Below the pieces are notes generated by a model, which was not told the origin of the DNA, ran no database searches, and saw only the letters and a program-made list of their open reading frames with translations. A DNA stretch of 62,169 nt, taken from the IMG/VR virus record IMGVR_UViG_3300011116_000128, positions 1 through 62,169 of that record; one strand, written 5' to 3'. The position numbers were made by a program, and so were the translations under genes. How positions within the stretch are numbered: position 1 is the stretch's first letter; each line of letters begins with the position of its first letter. Shown here piece by piece: positions 24,701-34,541 of this stretch. This stretch comes from a virus. Taxonomy: Duplodnaviria > Caudoviricetes.

Positions 24701-24922
24701 ATGACGGAGAAACAGCGGACGGTTTTTTTGGTGATAGATGAGTACTGGAAGAACTTTGGGTATGGGCCGTCGATAGATGACATCATGTTCCAGACAGGGG
24801 ATAAGGGGCGCGGGAATGTTCATCGGGTGGTTAAGAAGTTGTGTGACCTTGGGATTTGTAAGAGGATGACCAGGAGTGCTAGGAGCGTGCGGCCGAGCTA
24901 TTTGTCCATGCGAAACATATGA
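24701..24922 (+). CDS. LexA-like winged-helix DNA-binding protein (no protease domain)
   Basis: MTEKQRTVF..I..GYGPSIDDI..NVHRVVKKL..G..R..ARS. Confidence 0.8.
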   Translation: MTEKQRTVFLVIDEYWKNFGYGPSIDDIMFQTGDKGRGNVHRVVKKLCDLGICKRMTRSARSVRPSYLSMRNI

Positions 24923-26418
24923 ACCTTGAAGCTATCAGTCAGGCCATCGCGCTTTTACCTGTCAATGAGCAGGAGGCGTTCTTTGATGAGCTTGATGAGT
25001 ACCGGTCATCTCTTGTTAGAGAGGAGGCCGAGAAGGACTTTATGAAGTTTGTCCACTCAATGTGGCCGGGGTTTATAAATGGCCGCCACCATAAAGTGAT
25101 GGCGCGTAAGTTTGAGGAGATAGCGTCGGGGAAAATTAAGCGCCTGATCATCAACATGCCGCCCCGCCACACAAAGTCGGAATTCGCGTCCTACCTTCTA
25201 CCGGCTTGGTTTCTAGGTAAAAACCCGCATAAGAAAATCATCCAGACGTCTAACACGGCTGAGCTGGCCGTCGGGTTTGGACGTAAGGTAAGGAACTTAG
25301 TGGGGAGTGAGCAGTACGCCAAGATCTTCCCTAATGTTAATCTTCGTCAGGACAGTAAGGCCGCCGGGCGGTGGTCTACTAATAAGGACGGTGAATATTT
25401 TGCTATCGGTGTTGGAGGGACCGTAACCGGTAAGGGGGCAGACCTACTGATCATTGATGACCCTCACTCTGAGCAGGAGGCAGCTCTTGCGGCAGGAGAC
25501 CCGTCTGTTTTTGACAAAGTCTACGAGTGGTATACCTCCGGCCCTAGACAACGTCTTCAGCCTGGAGGATCAATTATTGTTGTGATGACCCGCTGGGCCA
25601 AGCGAGACCTAACCGGCCGGATCCTTCAATCCTCTATTGAAAAGGACGGCAACGACGAGTGGGAGGTAATCGACTTCCCCGCGATCTTGCCAAGCGATAA
25701 ACCTTTATGGCCTGAATACTGGAAGCTGGAGGAACTAGAAGCTCTTCGCTCTGAGCTGCCAGCTGCAAAGTGGAATGCCCAATACCAACAGAGTCCTACC
25801 TCTGAAGAGGGCGCTATTATTAAAAGGGAATGGTGGAAGGAGTGGAAGGGCGATGACCCACCGCGGTGTGAGTTCATCATCCAGAGCTGGGACACCGCGT
25901 TCTTAAAGTCAGAGCGGTCTGACTATTCCGCTTGCACTACTTGGGGCGTTTTCTATCTGAACGAGAACGAAAACGACGCCAACATTATTTTGCTGGACGC
26001 TTTCAAAAGAAGGATGGAATTCCCTGAACTGAAAGAGAAAGCCTTCAACCACTATAAATTGTGGGAGCCGGATGCTTTTATCGTTGAGGCCAAGGCTTCA
26101 GGCGCGCCTTTAATTTTTGAGTTAAGGGCGATGGGGATACCGGTCCAGGAGTTTACGCCCAGCAGGGGGAATGATAAGATGGTGCGGATTAATTCTGTAT
26201 CTGATTTGTTTGCAAGCGGGAAGGTCTGGGCACCCTCGACAAGATGGGCCGATGAGCTGATGGAAGAGATGGCGGCTTTCCCTAATTCAGACCATGATGA
26301 CTTGGTTGACTCAGCCACCCAGGCATTAATCAGATTCAGAAAAGGCGGTTTTATTCGTCTACAGACCGATGAACAAGACGAAATTCGTGCGTTTAGACGC
26401 AAGGTCTCTTATTACTAA
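24919..26418 (+). CDS. terL: Terminase large subunit
   Basis: NMPPRHTKS, LLIIDDP, MTRW, SWDTA, HDDLVD. Confidence 0.97.
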   Translation: MNLEAISQAIALLPVNEQEAFFDELDEYRSSLVREEAEKDFMKFVHSMWPGFINGRHHKVMARKFEEIASGKIKRLIINMPPRHTKSEFASYLLPAWFLGKNPHKKIIQTSNTAELAVGFGRKVRNLVGSEQYAKIFPNVNLRQDSKAAGRWSTNKDGEYFAIGVGGTVTGKGADLLIIDDPHSEQEAALAAGDPSVFDKVYEWYTSGPRQRLQPGGSIIVVMTRWAKRDLTGRILQSSIEKDGNDEWEVIDFPAILPSDKPLWPEYWKLEELEALRSELPAAKWNAQYQQSPTSEEGAIIKREWWKEWKGDDPPRCEFIIQSWDTAFLKSERSDYSACTTWGVFYLNENENDANIILLDAFKRRMEFPELKEKAFNHYKLWEPDAFIVEAKASGAPLIFELRAMGIPVQEFTPSRGNDKMVRINSVSDLFASGKVWAPSTRWADELMEEMAAFPNSDHDDLVDSATQALIRFRKGGFIRLQTDEQDEIRAFRRKVSYY

Positions 26419-26426
26419 GGATTGGT

Positions 26427-28835
26427 ATGTCCATTGAAAAGTCACTTTACGAAGCGCCACAAGGGATCACTTCCCTGGCTCCTGATGAGGGAATCGAAAT
26501 TGAAATCGAAGACCCGGAGTCAGTCGACATCAAGATAGGTGATGTTGAAATTCAAATAGGCAGTGTTGAAGATGACTTTGAGGCCAACCTAGTTGAACAC
26601 CTCCCAGACGATGTCGTAACAGAGTTAGTGTCGGATCTGCTGAGCGACTACGAGGATGACGTAAATTCCCGGAAGGACTGGATGCAGACCTATGTCGACG
26701 GTCTTGAACTTCTGGGCCTGAAGATCGAAGAGAGGGCAGACCCCTGGACTGGTGCGTGCGGTGTCTACCATCCCCTTCTGGCTGAGGCTGTTGTCAAGTT
26801 TCAAGCCGAAGTAATGATGAGTACCTTCCCGGCTGCTGGCCCTGTGAAGACCCAAATCATCGGCAAAGAAACCCCCGAAAAGAAACAAGCAGCCGTTCGC
26901 GTTGCGGCCGACATGAACTATGAGCTGACAGATGTGATGACCGAGTTCCGGCCAGAGCATGAGCGCATGTTGTGGGGCTTGGGGCTTGCCGGTAATGCAT
27001 TCAAGAAGGTTTACTTTGACCCCAGCCTGGATCGCCAGACCTCAATTTTTGTTCCGGCTGATGATTTGGTTGTTCCTTATGGCGCGTCCGACATTCAAAC
27101 GGCTGACCGCGTCACCCATGTTATGCGAAAAACCGAAAACGAGCTGCGCAAACTGCAGGTTGCCGGGTTTTATGCTGACATTGACCTGGGAGAACCCAAC
27201 AATACCCTTGATGAAGTAGAAAAAAAGATTGCCGAGAAGATGGGATTCCGCGCACAGACGGATGACCGCTACAAACTTCTTGAAATGAACGTGAATTTGG
27301 ACCTTGAGGGGTTTGAAGATGTCGACAAAGACGGGAATCCGACCGGAATTGCGCTACCTTACATCGTTACGATTGAAAAAGGCAGCAGCAAATGCGTTGC
27401 AATCCGCCGGAATTGGAAAAAAGGCGACAAGTTGCACACAAAACGGCAGCATTTTGTCCATTACGGCTACGTTCCTGGCTTTGGTTTCTATTGTTTTGGC
27501 CTAATCCACCTTGTTGGAGCTTTTGCCAAGTCAGGAACCTCCATTTTGCGTCAGTTGGTGGACGCTGGAACCCTATCAAACCTGCCCGGCGGATTCAAAA
27601 CCCGCGGTCTGCGTGTTAAGGGAGACGATACCCCCATCGGACCAGCAGAATGGCGTGATGTCGACGTACCCAGCGGGACAATTGCCGACAACATCATGGC
27701 TCTCCCCTATAAAGAGCCAAGCCAAGTGTTGGCATTACTGCTTGACAAGATCGTCGACGAGGGCCGCAAGTTTGCCTCGGCCGCTGACATCCAAGTTGCT
27801 GACATGTCGGCCAACTCTCCCGTTGGTACAACCCTGGCAATCCTTGAACGTACCCTGAAAGTGATGACCGCGGTCCAGGCCCGGATCCATTACTCCTTTA
27901 AGCAAGAGCTGGGACTGCTGCGCGACATCATCCGCGACTACACACCGCCTGAGTACACATACGAGCCAGAAGAAGGATCGCCAAAAGCGAAGAAATCCGA
28001 CTATGACTTGGTTGCAGTTATCCCTGTTTCAGACCCCAACGCCGCCACAATGGCGCAGAAGATTGTGCAGTATCAGGCGGTCATTCAACTGGCTCAAATG
28101 GCCCCGCAGATCTATGACCTGCCACAGCTACACCGCCAAATGTTAGATGTTCTGGGGATTAAAAACGCTGAGAAACTTGTTCCTTTGCCTGAAGACGAAA
28201 TGCCGGTGGACCCTATCAGCGAAAACATGAACGCACTCAAGGGTGTTCCGCTCAAGGCATTTATCACCCAGGACCAGGACGCTCATATTGCAGCGCACCA
28301 AATGTTCATGCAGGATCCGCTGGTGATGAAGACCATTGGTCAAAACCCGCAGGCCAACCAGATCATGGCTGCACTCCAGGCGCATATTGCGGAGCATCTT
28401 GGCTTCCACTACCGGACTTTGATTGAACAACAAATGGGCGTACCACTGCCGCCGCCGGACGAGCATTTGCCTGAAGACGTCGAGGTCCAGCTCTCTCGGC
28501 TCATTGCACAAGCCAGCACACAAGTGCTGCAGGCCAATACCGTCCAGGCCCAACAACAGCAGGCTCAACAACTTGCCCAAGACCCATTGGTCCAGATGCA
28601 ACAACAAGAGCTGCAGATCAAAGGCGCTGAACAACAACGCAAGGCACAGAAAGACCAAACTGACGCACAGCTCAAAGCAAACCAGCAGCAAATTGAACGT
28701 GAACGCATTCAATCCCAAAAAGAGACTGACATGACCAGGATCCAAACAGATTTGGAAAAGTCACAAAAGGAACTGCAGGCGCACAGTGAGCTTGAGCGCC
28801 AGCGCATCATGGCTAACTTGATTGGACGCAAATGA
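26427..28835 (+). CDS. Portal protein
   Basis: 802 aa directly after terL; Q-rich coiled-coil C-terminus of P22/podovirus type. Confidence 0.88.
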   Translation: MSIEKSLYEAPQGITSLAPDEGIEIEIEDPESVDIKIGDVEIQIGSVEDDFEANLVEHLPDDVVTELVSDLLSDYEDDVNSRKDWMQTYVDGLELLGLKIEERADPWTGACGVYHPLLAEAVVKFQAEVMMSTFPAAGPVKTQIIGKETPEKKQAAVRVAADMNYELTDVMTEFRPEHERMLWGLGLAGNAFKKVYFDPSLDRQTSIFVPADDLVVPYGASDIQTADRVTHVMRKTENELRKLQVAGFYADIDLGEPNNTLDEVEKKIAEKMGFRAQTDDRYKLLEMNVNLDLEGFEDVDKDGNPTGIALPYIVTIEKGSSKCVAIRRNWKKGDKLHTKRQHFVHYGYVPGFGFYCFGLIHLVGAFAKSGTSILRQLVDAGTLSNLPGGFKTRGLRVKGDDTPIGPAEWRDVDVPSGTIADNIMALPYKEPSQVLALLLDKIVDEGRKFASAADIQVADMSANSPVGTTLAILERTLKVMTAVQARIHYSFKQELGLLRDIIRDYTPPEYTYEPEEGSPKAKKSDYDLVAVIPVSDPNAATMAQKIVQYQAVIQLAQMAPQIYDLPQLHRQMLDVLGIKNAEKLVPLPEDEMPVDPISENMNALKGVPLKAFITQDQDAHIAAHQMFMQDPLVMKTIGQNPQANQIMAALQAHIAEHLGFHYRTLIEQQMGVPLPPPDEHLPEDVEVQLSRLIAQASTQVLQANTVQAQQQQAQQLAQDPLVQMQQQELQIKGAEQQRKAQKDQTDAQLKANQQQIERERIQSQKETDMTRIQTDLEKSQKELQAHSELERQRIMANLIGRK

Positions 28836-29032
28836 TTGACAAGTACCTACAACATCTGTCAAACAGGATAGATGACAAAGTATCCCAACTTCAAATAGCC
28901 CTGGCGGATGGCAACGCCAAGGATTATGCGGAGTACACAAAGATGTGCGGAGAGGTTAAAGGTCTGCTCACCGCACGTTTATTCATAACAGACCTACATG
29001 AAAGATTAAAAACCGATGACGATAATGAATGA
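28832..29032 (+). CDS. Hypothetical protein
   Basis: Conserved post-portal small ORF (DYAEY..CG.VKGL). Confidence 0.7.
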   Translation: MIDKYLQHLSNRIDDKVSQLQIALADGNAKDYAEYTKMCGEVKGLLTARLFITDLHERLKTDDDNE

Positions 29033-29429
29033 ATTGGACTTAGCAAAGGCTGTTGACTTGTCGCAGTTAATGCATAAAGAGCCAGAGCAAAAAGCCAAGC
29101 AGCTACCAAAGCCTGTTGGCTACCGCATCTTGTGTGCGATTCCAGAAGTGGAAGAAACCATTGAAGGCTCAAGCCTCATTAAGTCATCAGAAATGATGCG
29201 CACTGAGGAACTGTTGACTACGGTGTTATTCGTAGTAGACATGGGGCCTGATTGTTACGCGGACACCAGTCGATTCCCGACGGGACCCTACTGTCAACGC
29301 GGAGACTTTGTTTTGGTTCGGCCACATGCTGGGACAAGACTAGTCATTCACGGCAAAGAGTTTCGCATCATCAACGACGATTCAGTCGAAGGTGTAGTCG
29401 AAGATCCACGCGGCATCCGACGCAAATAA
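29025..29429 (+). CDS. groES: GroES-like co-chaperonin
   Basis: PKPVGYRIL, GDFVL, G.EFRIINDD.V.GVV. Confidence 0.8.
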   Translation: MNELDLAKAVDLSQLMHKEPEQKAKQLPKPVGYRILCAIPEVEETIEGSSLIKSSEMMRTEELLTTVLFVVDMGPDCYADTSRFPTGPYCQRGDFVLVRPHAGTRLVIHGKEFRIINDDSVEGVVEDPRGIRRK

Positions 29430-29438
29430 GGAACACAA

Positions 29439-30350
29439 ATGTCAAACGAATTCAAATTCCCTGACGAACAGGAAGATGAAAAACTTGACGATGACATCAT
29501 CGTTGAAGTTGAAGATAACACTCCCCCAGAAGACCGTAATAAAACTCCATTGCCTGAAAAAGTTCGGGAAGAGCTTTATAACGACGAGCTGGAGGATTAC
29601 TCTACCAAGGTCAAGAAAAAACTTCTTCAGATGAAGAAGCTGGCGCATGACGAGCGTAGAGAAAAAGATGCGGCTTTGCGTGAGCAAAATGAAGCCATTG
29701 CATTCGCCAAGAAACTGATGGAAGAGAATAAAAAGCTCAAAGCCAATCTGTCCAACAGCGAAAACAATGTCCTTTTTTCTGTTACCAAAACAGTAGAAAT
29801 GGAATTGGATGCGGCCAAAAAAGCCTATCGTGAAGCCTATGATTCAGGCGATACCGACAAGGTAATGGAAGCCCAGGAGCGTCTTACCCAGGCAACATTA
29901 AAGGTTGATAAGGTTAAGAGTTTCAAGCCAGCTCCACCGCCACAGGAAGAAACTGTGGTACAAACCCCCCAGCCCCAAGTCCAACGGCCTCCTGTAGACC
30001 CAACTGCAGAAGCTTGGCAACAAGAAAACCCTTGGTTTGGGCAAGATAAGGAAATGACTGCTTTGGCTCTAGGTGTTCACGACGCCATGCTGAGCGAAGG
30101 AGTTAGGCCCTCATCACAGGAGTATTACTCCCGGCTTAACGCCACTATCCGAAAACGTTTCCCAGAGAAATTTGAGGAAGCTGAGGAACAAGAAGATCGG
30201 CCCAGCCGAAAAAGCTCGGTGGTTGCACCAGCTACACGGACTACATCCGCAAAACGAGTAAAGCTTACCGTTGGTGAGTTGAACTTGGCAAAGAAATTTA
30301 AACTTACACCGGAGCAATTTGCTGCGGAAAAAATCAAATTAGGAGCCTAA
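29439..30350 (+). CDS. Putative scaffolding protein
   Basis: Acidic coiled coil; W..ENPWF motif; lies before the MCP gene. Confidence 0.65.
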   Translation: MSNEFKFPDEQEDEKLDDDIIVEVEDNTPPEDRNKTPLPEKVREELYNDELEDYSTKVKKKLLQMKKLAHDERREKDAALREQNEAIAFAKKLMEENKKLKANLSNSENNVLFSVTKTVEMELDAAKKAYREAYDSGDTDKVMEAQERLTQATLKVDKVKSFKPAPPPQEETVVQTPQPQVQRPPVDPTAEAWQQENPWFGQDKEMTALALGVHDAMLSEGVRPSSQEYYSRLNATIRKRFPEKFEEAEEQEDRPSRKSSVVAPATRTTSAKRVKLTVGELNLAKKFKLTPEQFAAEKIKLGA

Positions 30351-30351
30351 T

Positions 30352-30801
30352 ATGGCCGAAAACAGAAAACCACGCGAGCTTGAGGATCGGTTAATGGCAG
30401 AACGCCCTAAGCAGTGGCAGTTGCCTGACTCCCTTCCTGAACCTGATAAGCAGCCGGGGTACGAATATCGCTGGATCCGCGTTTCAACCTTAAACGCTCC
30501 AGATCCCAAAAACATTTCGGGCAAATTGCGCGAAGGATGGGAGCCTGTAAGCGTAGAAGAGCAACCACGATTCAGACTGCTAGCTGATCCAACTAGTCGG
30601 TTTAAAGACAACATTGAGATTGGCGGGTTATTGCTCTGCAAAACTCCAAGTGATTTCGTGGACCAGCGAAATGAACATTTTGCAAAACAGACACGCGCTC
30701 AAATGGAAGCTGTAGACAATACCCTTATGCGTCAAAGTGACCCGCGGATGCCTCTCTTTAACGAGAAAAAATCTTCGACTAGCTTTGGAAAAGGTATTTA
30801 A
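30352..30801 (+). CDS. Conserved head-region protein
   Basis: GYEYRWIR..EGWEPV..GGLLLCK. Confidence 0.75.
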   Translation: MAENRKPRELEDRLMAERPKQWQLPDSLPEPDKQPGYEYRWIRVSTLNAPDPKNISGKLREGWEPVSVEEQPRFRLLADPTSRFKDNIEIGGLLLCKTPSDFVDQRNEHFAKQTRAQMEAVDNTLMRQSDPRMPLFNEKKSSTSFGKGI

Positions 30802-30818
30802 TTTAACTTGGAGTTTTT

Positions 30819-31652
30819 ATGGCATATCCTGTCGTATCAGCGCCGTACGGTTTGTTGCCGCAGAACCTTATTGGAGGTCAAGTATTTGCAGGTTCTACCC
30901 GCATGTACAACATCCAGTACGGCTATGCAACCAGCATCTTCTACGGTGATTTCGTTGTTCTATCCCGTGGCTTTGCCACACGCGCCTCGGTCTCTACCGG
31001 CTCTAGTCTGAATCAGACCGTCGGTATTTTCTTGGGTTGCACCTACACCAATCCCACAACTAAGCAGAAGTTGTTTTCCCAGTATTGGCCCGCAAGCACC
31101 GCTGCCGGTGATTGCCAAGCCTACATCTTGGATGACCCGGATGCTGTGTTCAAGGCGGTTGTGTGCAGTTCCGGCACTACCGTTGCTTCCGGCGCTATGG
31201 CGATGATTGGCACTAACCTGTCTGCCATCGACAACACCGGCAACGCCAATACCGGTAACTCGGCTAATGCCATTCTGGCTCCTACTGCCACTCCTGTGAC
31301 CACCACCTTGCCCCTGCGTATGGTTGGTTTGGTGCAAGAGACGGCAGTTGCCTTGGGTACTGCTACTTACAGTTCGGGTACTTCCACCTTGACCGTGAGT
31401 GCGCTGCCTAATGCGTTGCCTGTTGGTACGGACGTTTCTGTGTTGACCACTAGCGGTCAAGTTGCACAGACGGGTTCTTTTGTGGCTACCGCAGCGGCTG
31501 CTGGCGCGACTTCTGTTGTGCTGAACCAAGCTGCTACGTTCACACTGAACTCTGGCGTGTACGGAGCAACCGTTGTCTTTACCCAGTACCCTGAAGTCTT
31601 GGTCAAGTTGAACCAAGGTCTGCATGGCTACTACTCTGCCACTGGCGCATAA
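30819..31652 (+). CDS. Putative capsid decoration / minor head protein
   Basis: Beta-rich, T/A/G-rich; immediately before the MCP gene. Confidence 0.6.
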   Translation: MAYPVVSAPYGLLPQNLIGGQVFAGSTRMYNIQYGYATSIFYGDFVVLSRGFATRASVSTGSSLNQTVGIFLGCTYTNPTTKQKLFSQYWPASTAAGDCQAYILDDPDAVFKAVVCSSGTTVASGAMAMIGTNLSAIDNTGNANTGNSANAILAPTATPVTTTLPLRMVGLVQETAVALGTATYSSGTSTLTVSALPNALPVGTDVSVLTTSGQVAQTGSFVATAAAAGATSVVLNQAATFTLNSGVYGATVVFTQYPEVLVKLNQGLHGYYSATGA

Positions 31653-31662
31653 GGAGTAAATT

Positions 31663-32574
31663 ATGGCTATTTCACGTGCCCAGCTGCTTAAAGAGCTGCT
31701 TCCAGGGCTTAACGCCTTGTTTGGTCTGCAGTACAAGACCTACGATCAAGAACACGAAGAGATCTACGAAACCGAGACCTCTGAGCGTTCTTTTGAAGAG
31801 GAAACTAAACTGTCTGGCTTCAGTGCTGCACCTGTCAAAAACGAGGGTTCCGCCCTTGCTTATGACAATGCTCAAGAGGCATGGACTGCTCGTTACAACC
31901 ACGAAACCATTGCTTTGGGCTTCTCCCTGACGGAAGAGGCAATCGAAGACAACCTGTATGACAGCTTGTCCGCTCGTTACACCAAAGGTCTGGCCCGTGC
32001 TATGGCGTACACCAAGCAGGTTAAAGCTGCTGCTGTTATCAACAACGGTTTTGCATCCAACTATGTTGGCGGCGACGGCGTATCGTTGTTCAGCACTGCC
32101 CATCCATTGACCAATGGTGGAACCAACAGCAATCGTCCTACCACTGCTGCCGATTTGAATGAGACTTCCCTGGAAGCCGCAGTCATTCAGATCGCTGCTT
32201 GGACTGATGAGCGCGGTTTGCTGATTGCAGCCAAGCCTAAGAAGCTGATTGTTCCTCCTGCTCTGATGTTCGTTGCTACTCGTCTGTTGGAAACCAGCCT
32301 GCGCGTTGGTACTACCGACAACGATATCAATGCGTTGAAGAACAACGGTTCAATCCCTGGCGGCTACGCCGTTAACCACTACTTGACCGACACTAACGGC
32401 TGGTACTTGACCACTGACGTTCCAAACGGCATGAAGCACTTTGTTCGTACCCCTCTTTCGAATGGTATGGACGGTGACTTTGACACTGGTAACGTCCGTT
32501 ACAAGTCCCGTGAGCGTTATTCGTTCGGCTGGTCTGACCCACTGGGCATGTTCGGTTCTCCCGGCTCGTCCTAA
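31663..32574 (+). CDS. Major capsid protein (Mu gpT-like, HK97 fold)
   Basis: MAISRAQLLKELLPGLNALFG, DGVSLFSTAHP, LIVPPAL, RERYSFGW; strong codon bias; terminator follows. Confidence 0.92.
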   Translation: MAISRAQLLKELLPGLNALFGLQYKTYDQEHEEIYETETSERSFEEETKLSGFSAAPVKNEGSALAYDNAQEAWTARYNHETIALGFSLTEEAIEDNLYDSLSARYTKGLARAMAYTKQVKAAAVINNGFASNYVGGDGVSLFSTAHPLTNGGTNSNRPTTAADLNETSLEAAVIQIAAWTDERGLLIAAKPKKLIVPPALMFVATRLLETSLRVGTTDNDINALKNNGSIPGGYAVNHYLTDTNGWYLTTDVPNGMKHFVRTPLSNGMDGDFDTGNVRYKSRERYSFGWSDPLGMFGSPGSS

Positions 32575-32596
32575 GTTAGGGTTTAACCCAGCAGAG

Positions 32597-32621
32597 AAAG
32601 GCCCCTTCGGGGGCCTTTTTC
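32597..32621 (+). terminator. Rho-independent terminator after the MCP gene
   Basis: AAAGGCCCC-TTCG-GGGCCTTTTT. Confidence 0.9.
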
Positions 32622-32664
32622 ATTGACTGCACACAATTAAAAAATGGTGTATATTGCACTCATT

Positions 32665-32739
32665 CCGGGGTTACCGGCGTATCAAACTAGTCCCGGCTAG
32701 GCGACATACCGATTGATACGCTTTACTTGTATGTAAGGA
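32665..32739 (+). ncRNA. Pseudoknotted leader RNA, candidate Mu-gpT-DE motif
   Basis: GCGTATCAA/TTGATACGC stem; CCGGG/CCCGG and ACATAC/GTATGT crossing pairings; lies downstream of a gpT-like MCP gene. Confidence 0.65.
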
Positions 32740-32745
32740 CTCATT

Positions 32746-33225
32746 ATGGGATTCGCAACTCATCTTGGCCCGTGGCTGCTTGGCACGGTCAAAAACACCA
32801 CCGGTACTACCGCTGGAACCATCCGTAATACGGGTACTGCAATCGTTTGCCAAAGCGCAGCCGTTACTTATGCTGACGCCGCCACTTCTTCGGCGTTCAC
32901 TATTCCCGCTGGTTCGATGATTACGTCAATTCAATTGCCGCAGTCAACCACCTTTACTGGCACGTCGGGAGTGATTACGGTCTATTTGAACGGTACGGCC
33001 TTGGCTACCTGCTCCGCAATTACCGGCGGTTCGGCTGGCGTAATCACCTTTACCGGCACGGCAGCACAAATGGCTGTATGGCTGAACATCGGTACTACTG
33101 ATGGCATCATCACCTACACGATGGCAAGCAGCGGTTCGCTGTCGGCTGGTGCAGGTAGCTTGATAATGGCCTACGCTGTGCGTGACTCCAGTGGCAATCA
33201 ATACCCGCCCGCTAACCAGCAGTAA
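32746..33225 (+). CDS. Virion structural protein
   Basis: Beta-rich; TIPAGSMI motif. Confidence 0.7.
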   Translation: MGFATHLGPWLLGTVKNTTGTTAGTIRNTGTAIVCQSAAVTYADAATSSAFTIPAGSMITSIQLPQSTTFTGTSGVITVYLNGTALATCSAITGGSAGVITFTGTAAQMAVWLNIGTTDGIITYTMASSGSLSAGAGSLIMAYAVRDSSGNQYPPANQQ

Positions 33226-33232
33226 TTAGTCT

Positions 33233-33254
33233 TGGGGGCTTCGGCCCCCGCTTT
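33233..33254 (+). terminator. Probable terminator hairpin
   Basis: GGGGGC-TTCG-GCCCCC; weak T tail. Confidence 0.55.
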
Positions 33255-33268
33255 ATAGGAGATTAGTT

Positions 33269-33559
33269 ATGCAACAGACAGACGTTAAGAGCGCCCATGC
33301 GAGTGCAGCAGCTACGCTGTTCAACGGGCCAACACGCCTGAAGGGCTTGATTATTTGCCCCGCAGTAAGCACTGCGGCAACTGTGCAGTTCAAAGATGGC
33401 GGGTCGTCTGGAACAGTGCTGCTGGAAATTGATATTGCCAGCAACACCAACCCCAACACCTACACGTTTGACATCCCCGGAGAGGGGATTAAGTTCAGCA
33501 GCACTTTGTACCTTGCTTTGAGCGCATCGGTTACCGGTGTGACGGTGTTCTATGGCTAA
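33269..33559 (+). CDS. Virion structural protein
   Basis: GPTRLKG..IPGEGIKF..VTVFYG; AGGAG RBS. Confidence 0.75.
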   Translation: MQQTDVKSAHASAAATLFNGPTRLKGLIICPAVSTAATVQFKDGGSSGTVLLEIDIASNTNPNTYTFDIPGEGIKFSSTLYLALSASVTGVTVFYG

Positions 33560-33797
33560 ATCACCTGCATGGACACGCAAGGAAGGCAAGAACCCCAACG
33601 GCGGCTTGAACGCCAAGGGACGGGCCTCCGCCAAAAAGCAAGGGATGAATTTGAAACCTCCCCAGCCGGAAGGAGGCAGCAGGCGCGACTCCTTCTGCGC
33701 AAGGATGGAAGGCATGAAGAAAAAGCTCACCAGCGAGAAAACAGCCAAAGACCCGAATTCCCGTATCAATAAGAGCCTGCGGGCATGGAACTGCTGA
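33552..33797 (+). CDS. Basic DUF6321-like protein
   Basis: GGLNAKGRAS..RRDSFCARM..DPNSRINKSLRAWNC. Confidence 0.75.
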   Translation: MAKSPAWTRKEGKNPNGGLNAKGRASAKKQGMNLKPPQPEGGSRRDSFCARMEGMKKKLTSEKTAKDPNSRINKSLRAWNC

Positions 33798-33798
33798 T

Positions 33799-34011
33799 AT
33801 GACTGAACATAACGACACTGTCAAAAGCATCCTAGATGTCACAGCTATCTTTACTACACTGGGTGCATTTTTGGAATGGATTTCTCCTGTGTTTGGCCTT
33901 ATTGGAGCCGTTGTTGGTCTGATGCGTATCGTTGAGATGGCTACAGGAAAGCCTTTCTCAGATGTCTTTAAGTGGAAAAAGAAGAAAGACGACGATGCCG
34001 AGCACAAGTAA
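33799..34011 (+). CDS. Small membrane protein (holin-like)
   Basis: Two hydrophobic segments and a charged tail. Confidence 0.5.
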   Translation: MTEHNDTVKSILDVTAIFTTLGAFLEWISPVFGLIGAVVGLMRIVEMATGKPFSDVFKWKKKKDDDAEHK

Positions 34012-34531
34012 AAAACAGCACAATTTCATGGCAGCGGTGGCGCACAGCCCATCGTTTGCCAAGAAAGCAGGGGTTCCACAGTCAGTGGGCCAAGATTTTG
34101 TAAACGCGGATAAGGGCCGCAAATTTTCTAAAGGTGGTAATACTATGGCTACACAAATGGATCCCCGCGTTATGAAAATGATGTTGGACATGAAACGCAA
34201 GCAAGATATGAATTCTCAAGTCATGCCATCCACTTCCCGAACTGGGCTGGGTGGTGGACTGTCTGGCGGGCTTGGCGCAAGCAGCGGCATGAAAAAAGGT
34301 GGCATGGCTAAGTTTGAAAAGTCCGGCAAAGACATGGAAAAGGGCATGAAAGAAGGCTCCAAAAAAGACATGATGGCGGACAGAATGCAAATGGGTATGA
34401 AACGTGGTGGTGCTACTAAGAAGATGGCTGGCGGCGGCCTTGCTGCTGGTCACAAGAGTGCTGATGGAATTGCTCAACGCGGCAAGACCAAAGGCAAAGA
34501 CATTGCAATGAAACGCGGCGGCAAATGCTAA
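33995..34531 (+). CDS. Basic Met/Lys/Gly-rich putative internal head protein
   Basis: Start at MPSTSKKQ; repeated MKKGG motifs; ADGIAQRGKT. Possible second start at 34145. Confidence 0.7.
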   Translation: MPSTSKKQHNFMAAVAHSPSFAKKAGVPQSVGQDFVNADKGRKFSKGGNTMATQMDPRVMKMMLDMKRKQDMNSQVMPSTSRTGLGGGLSGGLGASSGMKKGGMAKFEKSGKDMEKGMKEGSKKDMMADRMQMGMKRGGATKKMAGGGLAAGHKSADGIAQRGKTKGKDIAMKRGGKC

Positions 34532-34541
34532 GGAGCTAATC

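Noticed and set aside
24919-26418. Intein or intron in terL
   Set aside because: 499 aa with contiguous ATPase and nuclease motifs, and no splicing signatures.
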